A model generated the notes under the pieces. It was given only the letters and a program-made list of their open reading frames with translations. It made no database searches and had not been told where the DNA came from. Positions 17,673 through 26,584 of a stretch of DNA of 64,000 nt are shown piece by piece. Source of the DNA: an uncultured Planctomycetales bacterium (GTDB lineage Bacteria; Omnitrophota; Gorgyraeia; Zapsychrales; Fredricksoniimonadaceae); the NCBI GenBank assembly GCA_964572155.1, contig CAZNDZ010000001.1, positions 718,290 to 782,289 of the forward strand, given 5' to 3'. Position numbers and translations under genes: made by a program. Positions within the stretch are counted from its first letter, which is position 1. Each line of letters begins with the position of its first letter.

Positions 17673-19676
17673 ATGCTTCTTACTTTCCTTAAAGAAAAAA
17701 CCTTTCTAGTCATATTTATAATATCATTGGCGATCGCAGCAGCGCTCACCGCAGCATGTTGGCACATGAATTTCTGGCCGTCGGATGCGGAAGTATATTA
17801 CATGCCTGCGGCCAAAGATTTATTCCATCATCCTTATCTGTCGTCCATGCATCAAGCCTTGGATGAAGAGCGCATCAAATGGCTGCATGGCAAAGAAATG
17901 CATGTGTTGGCGATCGCTGTCTTGCAACGCCTCATGCAGGATACCGAAACACTTCGTCCTTTACTTTTGCTTGGCGTTTTATCCATTTTCTTTTCCACCA
18001 TTTTTATTTTCTTAATAGCACGAAAACTTTGGGGCAAAACATCTGCGGTTGTGGTGTGGTTTTTATTTGCCTCATCTTTTTGGCCATACCTTTACGTATT
18101 ATTTACCAAGCATCAAACTCAAGGGTTAATGTTTTTCTTACTTAGTGCCTTGATCCTTGTTTTTGCTAACCGTGCGTGGGTTTATCTGATCGCAGGCATG
18201 GCCATGGCCACATCGATTTTCTCGTCGACGGTATCCATGCTGTATGTGCCGCTCGTTATCGCCATCTTTTGTTTGTATCAAAAGCAGGCTTTGCGTAACG
18301 TCATTATATTCGGCGTTGGTTTTATTGGCATAGTGGTCTTTGTTAATTGGCCGGATGTGATGGGGAATCTGAAAAGTTATGCGGCCTATGTGAAGATCAG
18401 CGGGGCCATGAATCATTTCTTCTATAATCAACGTGTTCTGGTGCAATGGCTGCCTACCTATGATTTAAAAGACACGCGCGCAGGATTTCAATGGGTGATC
18501 AAATATTTAATTCTAGTCATTCCCTTTATCCTCGCCATTTTTGCCTGGTGTTTAAATCAAAGTTTTAAACGTTATAAGCAAACGACGTTTTTGATGCTCG
18601 TCTTAAGCGTTTCTGGCATTGTCATGGCAGAGCTCAAAGGCGTTGCGCAATACGGGGCTAATTATTTTCCAGTCTTAATCGGCATGCTCATGTTCATTGG
18701 CTGGTCGCTAAAGCGCGTTACGATGAAGCGCTGGTGGGTTTATATCGCCGCTGTTATCTTTGTATGGAATGCGTATATCTTTGCCAATGAAATCTACCCA
18801 AGCCGCATGGTCACCACACAAATTTCTGATTATTTAAGTAAAAATAGTATCAAAACGATTTATACCTTCCGCCAACATGTCTTGAGGCCAAACATCTTAG
18901 ATCATTTAAATCCATCGACATTAAGTCAATTGAGCATTGTACCCATCGAAAGTGTTGTGCAAGTCAGCGATGGTTACATTTTATTGCCACCCATTAGTTC
19001 AGATTCCATTTATCGGGCATCGAATGGCGACTACAATGATTTTGATAGTGATTTAATGCTTAACAACATCGTGCGTCAAGGCAAGCTCAAAGATTATGCC
19101 GTCAAAGGGTTTAAAACGTTAGGTTCCAGTTTGATTTGGAGTCAAGAGGAAGAGATTTTTGCGTATCGCAACTTGGTGCGTCAGCAATTCAAAGACAGTG
19201 ATTTAAATAAAGCATGGATTTTGGATGCTGCGAAGATTGCAAAAGATAAAATGAAATTTATTCCATCTCAAGACGATTTGATGATGCAGCAACATAATAT
19301 CCGTAATATTGGATCGCTTACACGGCAAAATATGTTTACTAGCTACCAAGGGGGAGTGGCCAAAGATACTGCTCTTAAAGGACTAGCCGCCCGTATATAT
19401 AAGGTAGGCAACCCTACAGATAATTTAAGGGCCTTTGTCTTTAAGGTGGATGACAAGCAGCCCATGTGGATACCCTATGCACCAGCATTTATCTCTAAAC
19501 CATTACCAGCTAATAGGATAGGTTCTGATCTTCAAAGCGAACCTGCTGTTTTTACGTTTGACCCGCCCTTAAACCTTCAAGCAGGCGCATTTTCTGTGGT
19601 TATTTACCGCGATGGCAAGCCCTCTGACCAAGACTTTTACCGCATTTACGCCGATGTTTTAGGCCGCATCGAATAG
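17673..19676 (+). CDS. Polytopic membrane protein, probably a GT-C fold glycosyltransferase (ArnT/PMT-like).
   Basis: The N-terminal ~430 aa contain about 11 TM helices. An acidic motif, SDAE, sits in the first extracytoplasmic loop after TM1. A C-terminal ~230-aa soluble domain follows. This architecture is typical of GT-C (GT39/GT83) enzymes. Confidence 0.4.
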   Translation: MLLTFLKEKTFLVIFIISLAIAAALTAACWHMNFWPSDAEVYYMPAAKDLFHHPYLSSMHQALDEERIKWLHGKEMHVLAIAVLQRLMQDTETLRPLLLLGVLSIFFSTIFIFLIARKLWGKTSAVVVWFLFASSFWPYLYVLFTKHQTQGLMFFLLSALILVFANRAWVYLIAGMAMATSIFSSTVSMLYVPLVIAIFCLYQKQALRNVIIFGVGFIGIVVFVNWPDVMGNLKSYAAYVKISGAMNHFFYNQRVLVQWLPTYDLKDTRAGFQWVIKYLILVIPFILAIFAWCLNQSFKRYKQTTFLMLVLSVSGIVMAELKGVAQYGANYFPVLIGMLMFIGWSLKRVTMKRWWVYIAAVIFVWNAYIFANEIYPSRMVTTQISDYLSKNSIKTIYTFRQHVLRPNILDHLNPSTLSQLSIVPIESVVQVSDGYILLPPISSDSIYRASNGDYNDFDSDLMLNNIVRQGKLKDYAVKGFKTLGSSLIWSQEEEIFAYRNLVRQQFKDSDLNKAWILDAAKIAKDKMKFIPSQDDLMMQQHNIRNIGSLTRQNMFTSYQGGVAKDTALKGLAARIYKVGNPTDNLRAFVFKVDDKQPMWIPYAPAFISKPLPANRIGSDLQSEPAVFTFDPPLNLQAGAFSVVIYRDGKPSDQDFYRIYADVLGRIE

Positions 19677-19683
19677 CATAAAT

Positions 19684-19712
19684 TTGCATAAAGCGTTTCC
19701 CCATGCTACACT
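19684..19712 (+). promoter_or_regulatory. Candidate sigma70 promoter: TTGCAT-N17-TACACT.
   Basis: It lies about 50 nt upstream of the 1,513-aa secreted protein gene. A further CATAAT sits at 19716-19721. Confidence 0.3.
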
Positions 19713-19763
19713 TTCCATAATTTCGTTAGCGCCAAAATACCCTAAATATAAAGAGGTTACGTG

Positions 19764-22700
19764 ATGTTCAAGAAATCCCTTTGTTCTATCATTTCGATTA
19801 TATTTCTCTTCACAACCCTAACCCCAGTCCATAAAGCTCAAGCACAATCCTTACTTGGTCTTCCAGAACCAGGGACAATGGTCAGTTTAAGTGCCGCATA
19901 TCAGCCTGCCATCCTTAAAGGTATAACCGTTCATAAAGACAATCCGTTCATGTTTGATTTCTTAGTTGATGTTGGCCAAGACAATCTCACAGGCGATTCT
20001 TTAAAAAATGAAGGTGACAAGCTTATCAAGTATTTCATGGCAACCTTAGCTGTTCCTGAGAAAGATTTATGGGTTAACTTAAGTCCTTATGAAAAAGATC
20101 GCACCGTCCCTGAAGCCTTAGGTCAGACGGACATGGGCCGTGATCTTTTAGCTCAAGACTATATCTTAAAGCAATTAACCGCGAGTTTGATCTATCCTGA
20201 GAAAGAATTAGGCAAAAAGTTTTGGGACAATGTCTATCAAAAGACACAAGCCAAATACGGCAACGTCAATATTCCTGTAAATACATTCAATAAAGTCTGG
20301 ATCATGGCCGACCGAGCCGAAGTGTTCGAACGCAATCAAACCGCGTTTGTAACAGCGAGCCATTTGAAAGTGCTTTTAGAAACCGATTATTTGGCTTTAC
20401 AAAAGTCTGAGGATTCTAAAAGCATCCTGCGAAGCCCAACGCAAAAGCAATTGGGCGAAGCAGGATCATCACAAAATGAAATAGCAAAAAAAGTCATTCG
20501 TGAAATCATCCTTCCTGAACTTGAGCATGAAATCAACACCGGCAAAAACTTTGCAAATCTCCGTCAGATATTTAACTCCATCATCCTAGCCTCATGGTAC
20601 AAGAATAATTTAAAGCAATCCCTGCTTAACGAAACCTACTCAAATAAGAGCACTGTCAAAGGCATCGACATTGACGATAAAACGATTAAACAGCAAATTT
20701 ACGAACGTTACTTGCAAGCCTATAAGAAGGGCGTCTTTAACTATATTAAAGAAACCCCAGAAGGTGCGCCTAAGAAATATTTTTCGGGTGGGGTGTTGGG
20801 AAGTTTGAAAATTACTAAAGCAAATGAAGCCATGGCGGCGGCTGCATTTAATGAAAATAACAAGCTAGCAAATTTTCATGTAAAATTCGATGCTGCCATG
20901 TTGAATGTAGCAGAAATTAAAGCATTAACAAATGAGCTCCTCAGAGTAACAGTAAACAATAAGAATATAACTCTGTTAAATGGATTCAATTCTTTGGGTG
21001 GGAATGTGATGGTTTCTCCCGACAATGAAGGCGGTTTTTATATCATTTTAAGTGTTGATTGGGAGAAGAATGTTGTCAATCATGACGGCGCTGCAGCAAC
21101 AACGCCAAATCCTGCGTTTCATCCAGTCAACAGAGAAAAAATCGAGGCTGCAATTAATGTGTTCATAAAAAATTTTCTCAAGGATCATCGTGATACATAC
21201 TCTATTGAATCATTACGATTCATAAGTCCAGAGGTAAAACCAGGTCAACTAAGAATGGATATTCATCGCATCCACATCACATCACCTTTTGTGGAACCAT
21301 CGGATGCAGCCATGCAAGCAGATCACATAAAGAATGTTGTTGAGAAGCTTGGGGATCTTGTAGCAGAGCCTGGTGTTAATATTTTTGTGCGTCAAACATC
21401 AGAGGGTATAGAAGTGCATTTTCCAGCAGGTTCATTCGACGCCGCTCAAGTTTCCGAATTACAAGATTTAATAGCTAAAATGCAATCTATAAAGTTTAAG
21501 GTTAGCGAAGAAGGATATCATTTTATCGCGCCCGCCGCAAAATCGTTAGCGTTTATTGCTGTGATTACCGTATTAGTTTATAACATGTATCAGCAAACTA
21601 AAGCAGAAAATAAACGTGCACGTGAAGCATATGCTGCCAAATTAGCGGATCAAAAAAGAATTGCCGCAGAGCGAGAGGCGACTTTAAGAAAATCTGCTCA
21701 TGAGGCATTGATGATGTTAGCTTTGATCATCGAGGGTGCAGATTTTGATCAAGTAATGTTGCATGTTAAAGCGATCGCTAATTCATTTAAATCTAATCCC
21801 TATATTATTGAAGAGTTAGAGCGTCTCGATAAGGAAGTATTCTTAAATGATGGTGCGCATAGAGAGAAATGGAATCTGTTATATCATGCAATGATGGAGA
21901 TAATTTCACCATTGAGTGTAGGCGAAGTGCCATCTGAAGATTTTGTTGGGCTTAGAAATGAAATTGCTGCTTTCTTAAGAACTAGTGGGCACTCCAGTGA
22001 TGTGACAGTACAAAGAGTTCAAAGGCAATATAAGGCGCTCACTTCTTTGATGAAATTTGATGTAGGACCTTTCTGGAATCCTGGAGCGCCGGTGTTTTAT
22101 CGTTATGCTATTTCAATGAGTGAGATGGAGAATAATGGATTGTCTGACAAGAATAAGCCATACTTTTTAGAACTATTCAAAAAATTTGATCTAAAGGTGG
22201 TGACTTTGGGCGGGAAGGAATATTTAGTGCCACAACAATGGTATCGTTCCTTTGGATCTGAAACGCAAAGAATGATTTATTTGGACAAAAAGTTATTATT
22301 AGTTAGATTGTATCTTCGGAAGGTATTTAATAAGTTAAATGATTCTATTGAGAGTGGATCTAACAAAAGAATAAATTTAAAGAATATAGAACTCGACGCA
22401 GCCATGCAAGCATTGGATACCAATGTTTTATCAGGATCATCGGTGTTTAAGCGTTTTGATATCCTTGTTCAAATAAAGACTGCGGTAAACGCGGTGTTAA
22501 AAGGACAAAGGTATTTTTTAGATACGCAATATTCGAAAGATGATGTTGAGCAATTAATCAATGCATATAACGGACAAGCTTTAGATGTGAATAAGGTTGC
22601 GTTGTTATCGGAAGCAAGTGATTCACATAAGACAAATGTGTTGTATTTATCGTCCAGTAATGACGCATTAAGAAAATGGGTTGATCAAGAACTTAAAGAA

Positions 22701-24302
22701 ATCAGGATCAAATACATCGCCAACCGATTGAAGTCAAGAGATTTGCAGAATGTTGAAGATGCGCTGTTTGGTGTTGATGGGGTTGAGCAAGTTACAGAAC
22801 AAGCGGGATCGATTGTCGAAGATGCTAAGGAAAGATTCCTAAATATTGAAACTGGTGAGTTTCTAACAGCAGATCAAGTCTTAACACAATTGAAGAATTA
22901 TCGTTGGTTTGTTGTAGGTCTAGAAGGTGGTGAGATCTTAAATATTGTTGAGCCAAGGTTAGCGGCAATGAAGCCAGGCATTCAATCAATTCAAGATGCG
23001 TTGGGTGTTCAATTAAAAGTGCGCATGGGTGAAGGTTTTGTAAAGCTTACGGATGGATTGAAATCATTGGGAAAGGTTGATGTTATAAGTAAGCCAGAAG
23101 GGGGATTTTTAGTGACAATTGTTATGGATCATCGACCGTATGAAGATCCTTTGAAGTTCTATGCGGAAGCTGTTGCAGCTTTTATTGCACAATTTACATA
23201 TAATTTCAGGCAATATTACACGGCGGAAGTTAAATCATATGAAAGACGGGTATTGGCAAGAGATGGTTCGAAAAGAATGTATCAAATCGTTATCGATCCT
23301 GTAACAAGTAACGCTGATGCGGCGATGAAGAGTGTGATGGTTTCCAAAAGAGATTTTCAATCATTTCATGAATATTTGGACAAACTATTAAAGAAGGAAT
23401 TACAAGTTGAGAGTTATAAAATCGCTGGAGAAACCGTGGTAGTTATTCCTGTTAGTTTTATGCCTGATAATGTTCTTGAATATATGGAAGCTATTGCAGA
23501 TAAATTTAATGTTAGATTGCAGCGGCTTAATAATGCTTCCTATTATTTTGTTCCTAATAGATTGCGATATTTTCTTGGGACAACCAATGGCAATGCAGAA
23601 TACATGGGAAGAAAAATAGCTCCCCTGACAAAATATTTAAACGCATTAAACGCAGAGTTAACTGCAAATATCAACCATAAATTTAACCCTCCAATTGATT
23701 TAAACGGTATACACATTGATGCCGCGATGTCTCATTATGTTGATAGTCGTCAAGAATTATTGTTAAGAGGCGGGATTGCGAAAATTAGTAAAGCAGTTGG
23801 TTATGAAGTGCAGAGTACAACGCTCTCAGATGTAAAAAATGGCTATGTTTTATCAATAGCAACGCCGACCAGAGAAGAAAGCAAGGCGGTGTTAGATAAA
23901 CTTTTGGCTTACGCAACAAATGAAGATGTGAAGAATAATTATGTCATAGAACTTTTAAGAGTGCCTCAAGAGGTGGAGTTCATGGGTTCTAAATATTTTA
24001 ACGTGATGTTTAAGTTAACGTTAAAAACATCAGGCCCTGAGGCTGATAAAGATGACTCCAACGTCATAAGTTTTAATGCTAATAAGACGAAGGCTGACGC
24101 TGCCATGAACGGTGGTATTGATCTTAAGGATGCTGCGGCTAATACGAATGTTCGCAAAGAGGGGCAAGGGGTTGAGTTTGTTGTGGATCAGGCCTTGATT
24201 GAGCGGGTGCGTCGGGAGGGGATTAATAGTTTGACGCCGGTGATCTTGCGCATTGATTCATCCGTCAATATCTGGCCTTTGTTGGGATTGAAAAATCCTT
24301 GA
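19764..24302 (+). CDS. Large secreted protein of unknown family (~1,512 aa) with a recurrent (I/V/F)xDAAM motif.
   Basis: The signal peptide is MFKKSLCSIISIIFLFTTLTPVHKAQA. AAGAGG lies 8 nt upstream. DAAM occurs six times, at about aa 377, 513, 873, 1107, 1235 and 1440. One DAAQ variant occurs at about aa 563. A hydrophobic segment, SLAFIAVITVLVYNMY, sits near aa 595 and is followed by a charged coiled coil. Confidence 0.6.
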   Translation: MFKKSLCSIISIIFLFTTLTPVHKAQAQSLLGLPEPGTMVSLSAAYQPAILKGITVHKDNPFMFDFLVDVGQDNLTGDSLKNEGDKLIKYFMATLAVPEKDLWVNLSPYEKDRTVPEALGQTDMGRDLLAQDYILKQLTASLIYPEKELGKKFWDNVYQKTQAKYGNVNIPVNTFNKVWIMADRAEVFERNQTAFVTASHLKVLLETDYLALQKSEDSKSILRSPTQKQLGEAGSSQNEIAKKVIREIILPELEHEINTGKNFANLRQIFNSIILASWYKNNLKQSLLNETYSNKSTVKGIDIDDKTIKQQIYERYLQAYKKGVFNYIKETPEGAPKKYFSGGVLGSLKITKANEAMAAAAFNENNKLANFHVKFDAAMLNVAEIKALTNELLRVTVNNKNITLLNGFNSLGGNVMVSPDNEGGFYIILSVDWEKNVVNHDGAAATTPNPAFHPVNREKIEAAINVFIKNFLKDHRDTYSIESLRFISPEVKPGQLRMDIHRIHITSPFVEPSDAAMQADHIKNVVEKLGDLVAEPGVNIFVRQTSEGIEVHFPAGSFDAAQVSELQDLIAKMQSIKFKVSEEGYHFIAPAAKSLAFIAVITVLVYNMYQQTKAENKRAREAYAAKLADQKRIAAEREATLRKSAHEALMMLALIIEGADFDQVMLHVKAIANSFKSNPYIIEELERLDKEVFLNDGAHREKWNLLYHAMMEIISPLSVGEVPSEDFVGLRNEIAAFLRTSGHSSDVTVQRVQRQYKALTSLMKFDVGPFWNPGAPVFYRYAISMSEMENNGLSDKNKPYFLELFKKFDLKVVTLGGKEYLVPQQWYRSFGSETQRMIYLDKKLLLVRLYLRKVFNKLNDSIESGSNKRINLKNIELDAAMQALDTNVLSGSSVFKRFDILVQIKTAVNAVLKGQRYFLDTQYSKDDVEQLINAYNGQALDVNKVALLSEASDSHKTNVLYLSSSNDALRKWVDQELKEIRIKYIANRLKSRDLQNVEDALFGVDGVEQVTEQAGSIVEDAKERFLNIETGEFLTADQVLTQLKNYRWFVVGLEGGEILNIVEPRLAAMKPGIQSIQDALGVQLKVRMGEGFVKLTDGLKSLGKVDVISKPEGGFLVTIVMDHRPYEDPLKFYAEAVAAFIAQFTYNFRQYYTAEVKSYERRVLARDGSKRMYQIVIDPVTSNADAAMKSVMVSKRDFQSFHEYLDKLLKKELQVESYKIAGETVVVIPVSFMPDNVLEYMEAIADKFNVRLQRLNNASYYFVPNRLRYFLGTTNGNAEYMGRKIAPLTKYLNALNAELTANINHKFNPPIDLNGIHIDAAMSHYVDSRQELLLRGGIAKISKAVGYEVQSTTLSDVKNGYVLSIATPTREESKAVLDKLLAYATNEDVKNNYVIELLRVPQEVEFMGSKYFNVMFKLTLKTSGPEADKDDSNVISFNANKTKADAAMNGGIDLKDAAANTNVRKEGQGVEFVVDQALIERVRREGINSLTPVILRIDSSVNIWPLLGLKNP

Positions 24303-24335
24303 CTGTAGTCGAACATGTGAATATATTGAAGGTGT

Positions 24336-24551
24336 ATGAAATCCAATCTTAAACAACTTCGAATAAAGTCTGTTAATCAGTTGATTAAGCCGTTTCCAGG
24401 TCGTTGGGTTGCCTTATCATTTGACGATACCCATATTGTCAGTGTGCGTAAAAGTTTTGAGGCTGCATTAAATGAAGCGCACCGAAAAGGTGAATCATGC
24501 CCACATATAGTTAAAGTTCCCGATGGCTCATGGTCGGGGATTGTCTTTTGA
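24336..24551 (+). CDS. Small hypothetical protein (71 aa) immediately upstream of, and overlapping, the aspartic protease gene.
   Basis: The ORF has GAAGGTG upstream. No recognisable motif. Confidence 0.4.
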   Translation: MKSNLKQLRIKSVNQLIKPFPGRWVALSFDDTHIVSVRKSFEAALNEAHRKGESCPHIVKVPDGSWSGIVF

Positions 24552-24994
24552 GTAATATTACCATTTCATACCAGAAGATTCAAATTCCTGCCCAAGGCGA
24601 TGTTCCAGCCAAAACGATTTACGCCCCAGTTTTAAAAACTACTTTGTTTTACAAAAATGTTGAGCGATTGTTTTTAATTGATTGTATTGTTGATTCAGGT
24701 GCTGATTTTTGTGTGTTTCCTGCCAAAATGGGAAAAGCAATTGGGTTGGATATTTATGAAGGTGAGAATGTTATTACCAATGGGATTGGTGGTAAAGAAA
24801 TTTTATATTTTCATAAGTTAAAGGTAGAAGTTCTACTCAATGATGAACCTTGGGCTTTTGAGTGCAGAGCAGGGTTTTCTAGTAAATTGAACACTAAAGG
24901 CATTGGCTTCTTAGGTCGAGACGGATTTTTTGATCTTTTTCAAGAGGTTTCATTTAATCAAAAAGCTAAAATGTTCCGTCTTAAAGAATTTTGA
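24530..24994 (+). CDS. Retropepsin-like (clan AA) aspartic peptidase domain protein.
   Basis: The motif IDCIVDSGADFCVFP is the D-S-G-A active-site signature of retroviral-type aspartyl proteases. The protein is 154 aa. Confidence 0.6.
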   Translation: MVGDCLLSNITISYQKIQIPAQGDVPAKTIYAPVLKTTLFYKNVERLFLIDCIVDSGADFCVFPAKMGKAIGLDIYEGENVITNGIGGKEILYFHKLKVEVLLNDEPWAFECRAGFSSKLNTKGIGFLGRDGFFDLFQEVSFNQKAKMFRLKEF

Positions 24995-25053
24995 CAAACA
25001 GAGTAGAAAAATTCGCTTGATTTAAGTTTCTGATTTGATTAACATCATTTCTT

Positions 25054-26154
25054 ATGTCCACAGAAATATTGCTGCATAATACACCACTTTTAAATGAACA
25101 TGTTGCTCTTGGGGCCAAGATGGTTGGCTTTGGGGGATGGAATATGCCGCTGCAATATGCGGGGATTATCGCCGAGTGGGATGATAATCGTAAGACCTGT
25201 TCCATCTTTGATTGCTCACACATGGGCGAGTTCTTGATCAAGGGTGATGCGGTCAAATCTGGGCTTAATCGCATTGTCACGCAAGCAATTACGGATATGG
25301 CGATCGGTACGTGCCGTTATGGCACGATGCTAAATAACAATGGCGGCGTCATCGATGATTTGATTGTTTATCGCAAAGCCCCGGAAGAGTGGATGATTGT
25401 TGTTAACGCATCGAACATTGAAAAAGATGCGCGTCATTTCAAAGCTAATCTTACATCTGCGGCACAGTTTACCGACATTTCTTTTCAAACAGCAAAATTA
25501 GATCTACAGGGCCCTCTGTCCCGCGATGTCTTATCTGATTTATTAGGCCAAAAAATTTCTTTAGAATATTATACGTTTGCTGAGTTTAATTTGTTGGGCG
25601 AAAAATGCGTGATTAGCCGCACGGGTTATACCGGCGAGTTGGGGTATGAGATTTATTATCCATGGGGGCAAGCTGTTAAATTGTGGCAAGCTATCCTTAA
25701 AGATAAACGTGTTAAGCCAACGGGCCTCGGCGTACGTGATGTGCTGCGCATCGAAATGTGTTATAGCTTATACGGCCATGAATTGTCGGAAGATATTTCT
25801 GTCCTAGAATGCGGTGTTGAGAAATTTTTAGATTTTAATAAAGATTTTATTGGTAAAGACGCATGTGTGGCATATCAAACGCAAGGCGTCAAACGCACCA
25901 TCGCCTACATTCAAAGTGATTCACGTAAATCTCCTCGGGCTGATCATAAAGTTTATAACAGCAACGGCAAAGCAATTGGCACAGTTGTCAGTGGCACTTA
26001 TTCTGTTGGCGTCGGGGTTGGTATTGGGATTGCATTTATAGAAAAAGATGAAAAAAAAGTTGAAAACAAAATTATTTTTGGCGATGATAGGTCTAGGTCA
26101 GATGGTTTGATCGTCAAACGGCCTTTCTACAAAAAGGGATCTCTCAAAAATTAA
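25054..26154 (+). CDS. gcvT: Glycine cleavage system T protein (aminomethyltransferase).
   Basis: It has GcvT family architecture. A supporting stretch is FDCSHMGEF. It is the first gene of a gcv operon. Confidence 0.88.
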   Translation: MSTEILLHNTPLLNEHVALGAKMVGFGGWNMPLQYAGIIAEWDDNRKTCSIFDCSHMGEFLIKGDAVKSGLNRIVTQAITDMAIGTCRYGTMLNNNGGVIDDLIVYRKAPEEWMIVVNASNIEKDARHFKANLTSAAQFTDISFQTAKLDLQGPLSRDVLSDLLGQKISLEYYTFAEFNLLGEKCVISRTGYTGELGYEIYYPWGQAVKLWQAILKDKRVKPTGLGVRDVLRIEMCYSLYGHELSEDISVLECGVEKFLDFNKDFIGKDACVAYQTQGVKRTIAYIQSDSRKSPRADHKVYNSNGKAIGTVVSGTYSVGVGVGIGIAFIEKDEKKVENKIIFGDDRSRSDGLIVKRPFYKKGSLKN

Positions 26155-26182
26155 CGCATCACTGCAGTGTAAGGAAATCATT

Positions 26183-26581
26183 ATGAGTAGCAATTCTGAG
26201 ATCATCGAACATTTTTGGTACACCAAAGAACATGAATGGATTAATGTCGAGGACAATGTTGGCACCATGGGCATCACCGACCATGCGCAACATGCCTTAG
26301 GCGATGTCACCTACGTCGAGCTTCCTGATGAAGAATCAGAAGTCGATCAATTCGAACAGTTCGTTTCCGTCGAGTCTGTGAAAGCAGCGAGCGATATCTA
26401 CGCGCCGTTAGGTGGCCGTGTGATTGAAATCAACCGTGATTTAGAAGATAACCCAGCATTGATTAATAAAGATTGTTACGGCAAAGGATGGATTGCCAAG
26501 ATAGATATTCGTGATGTGGATGAGACCTCCAATTTGATGTCTGCCGACGAATACCGCAGTTATTTAGAATCTTTAGAGTAA
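26183..26581 (+). CDS. gcvH: Glycine cleavage system H protein (lipoyl carrier).
   Basis: It is 132 aa and has a lipoyl-lysine context, ESVKAASD. Confidence 0.88.
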   Translation: MSSNSEIIEHFWYTKEHEWINVEDNVGTMGITDHAQHALGDVTYVELPDEESEVDQFEQFVSVESVKAASDIYAPLGGRVIEINRDLEDNPALINKDCYGKGWIAKIDIRDVDETSNLMSADEYRSYLESLE

Positions 26582-26584
26582 TAG

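Noticed and set aside
24995-25053. Glycine riboswitch upstream of gcvT
   Set aside because: The intergenic region is only about 60 nt. This is far too short for the roughly 100-200-nt tandem glycine aptamers, and I see no obvious conserved aptamer core.
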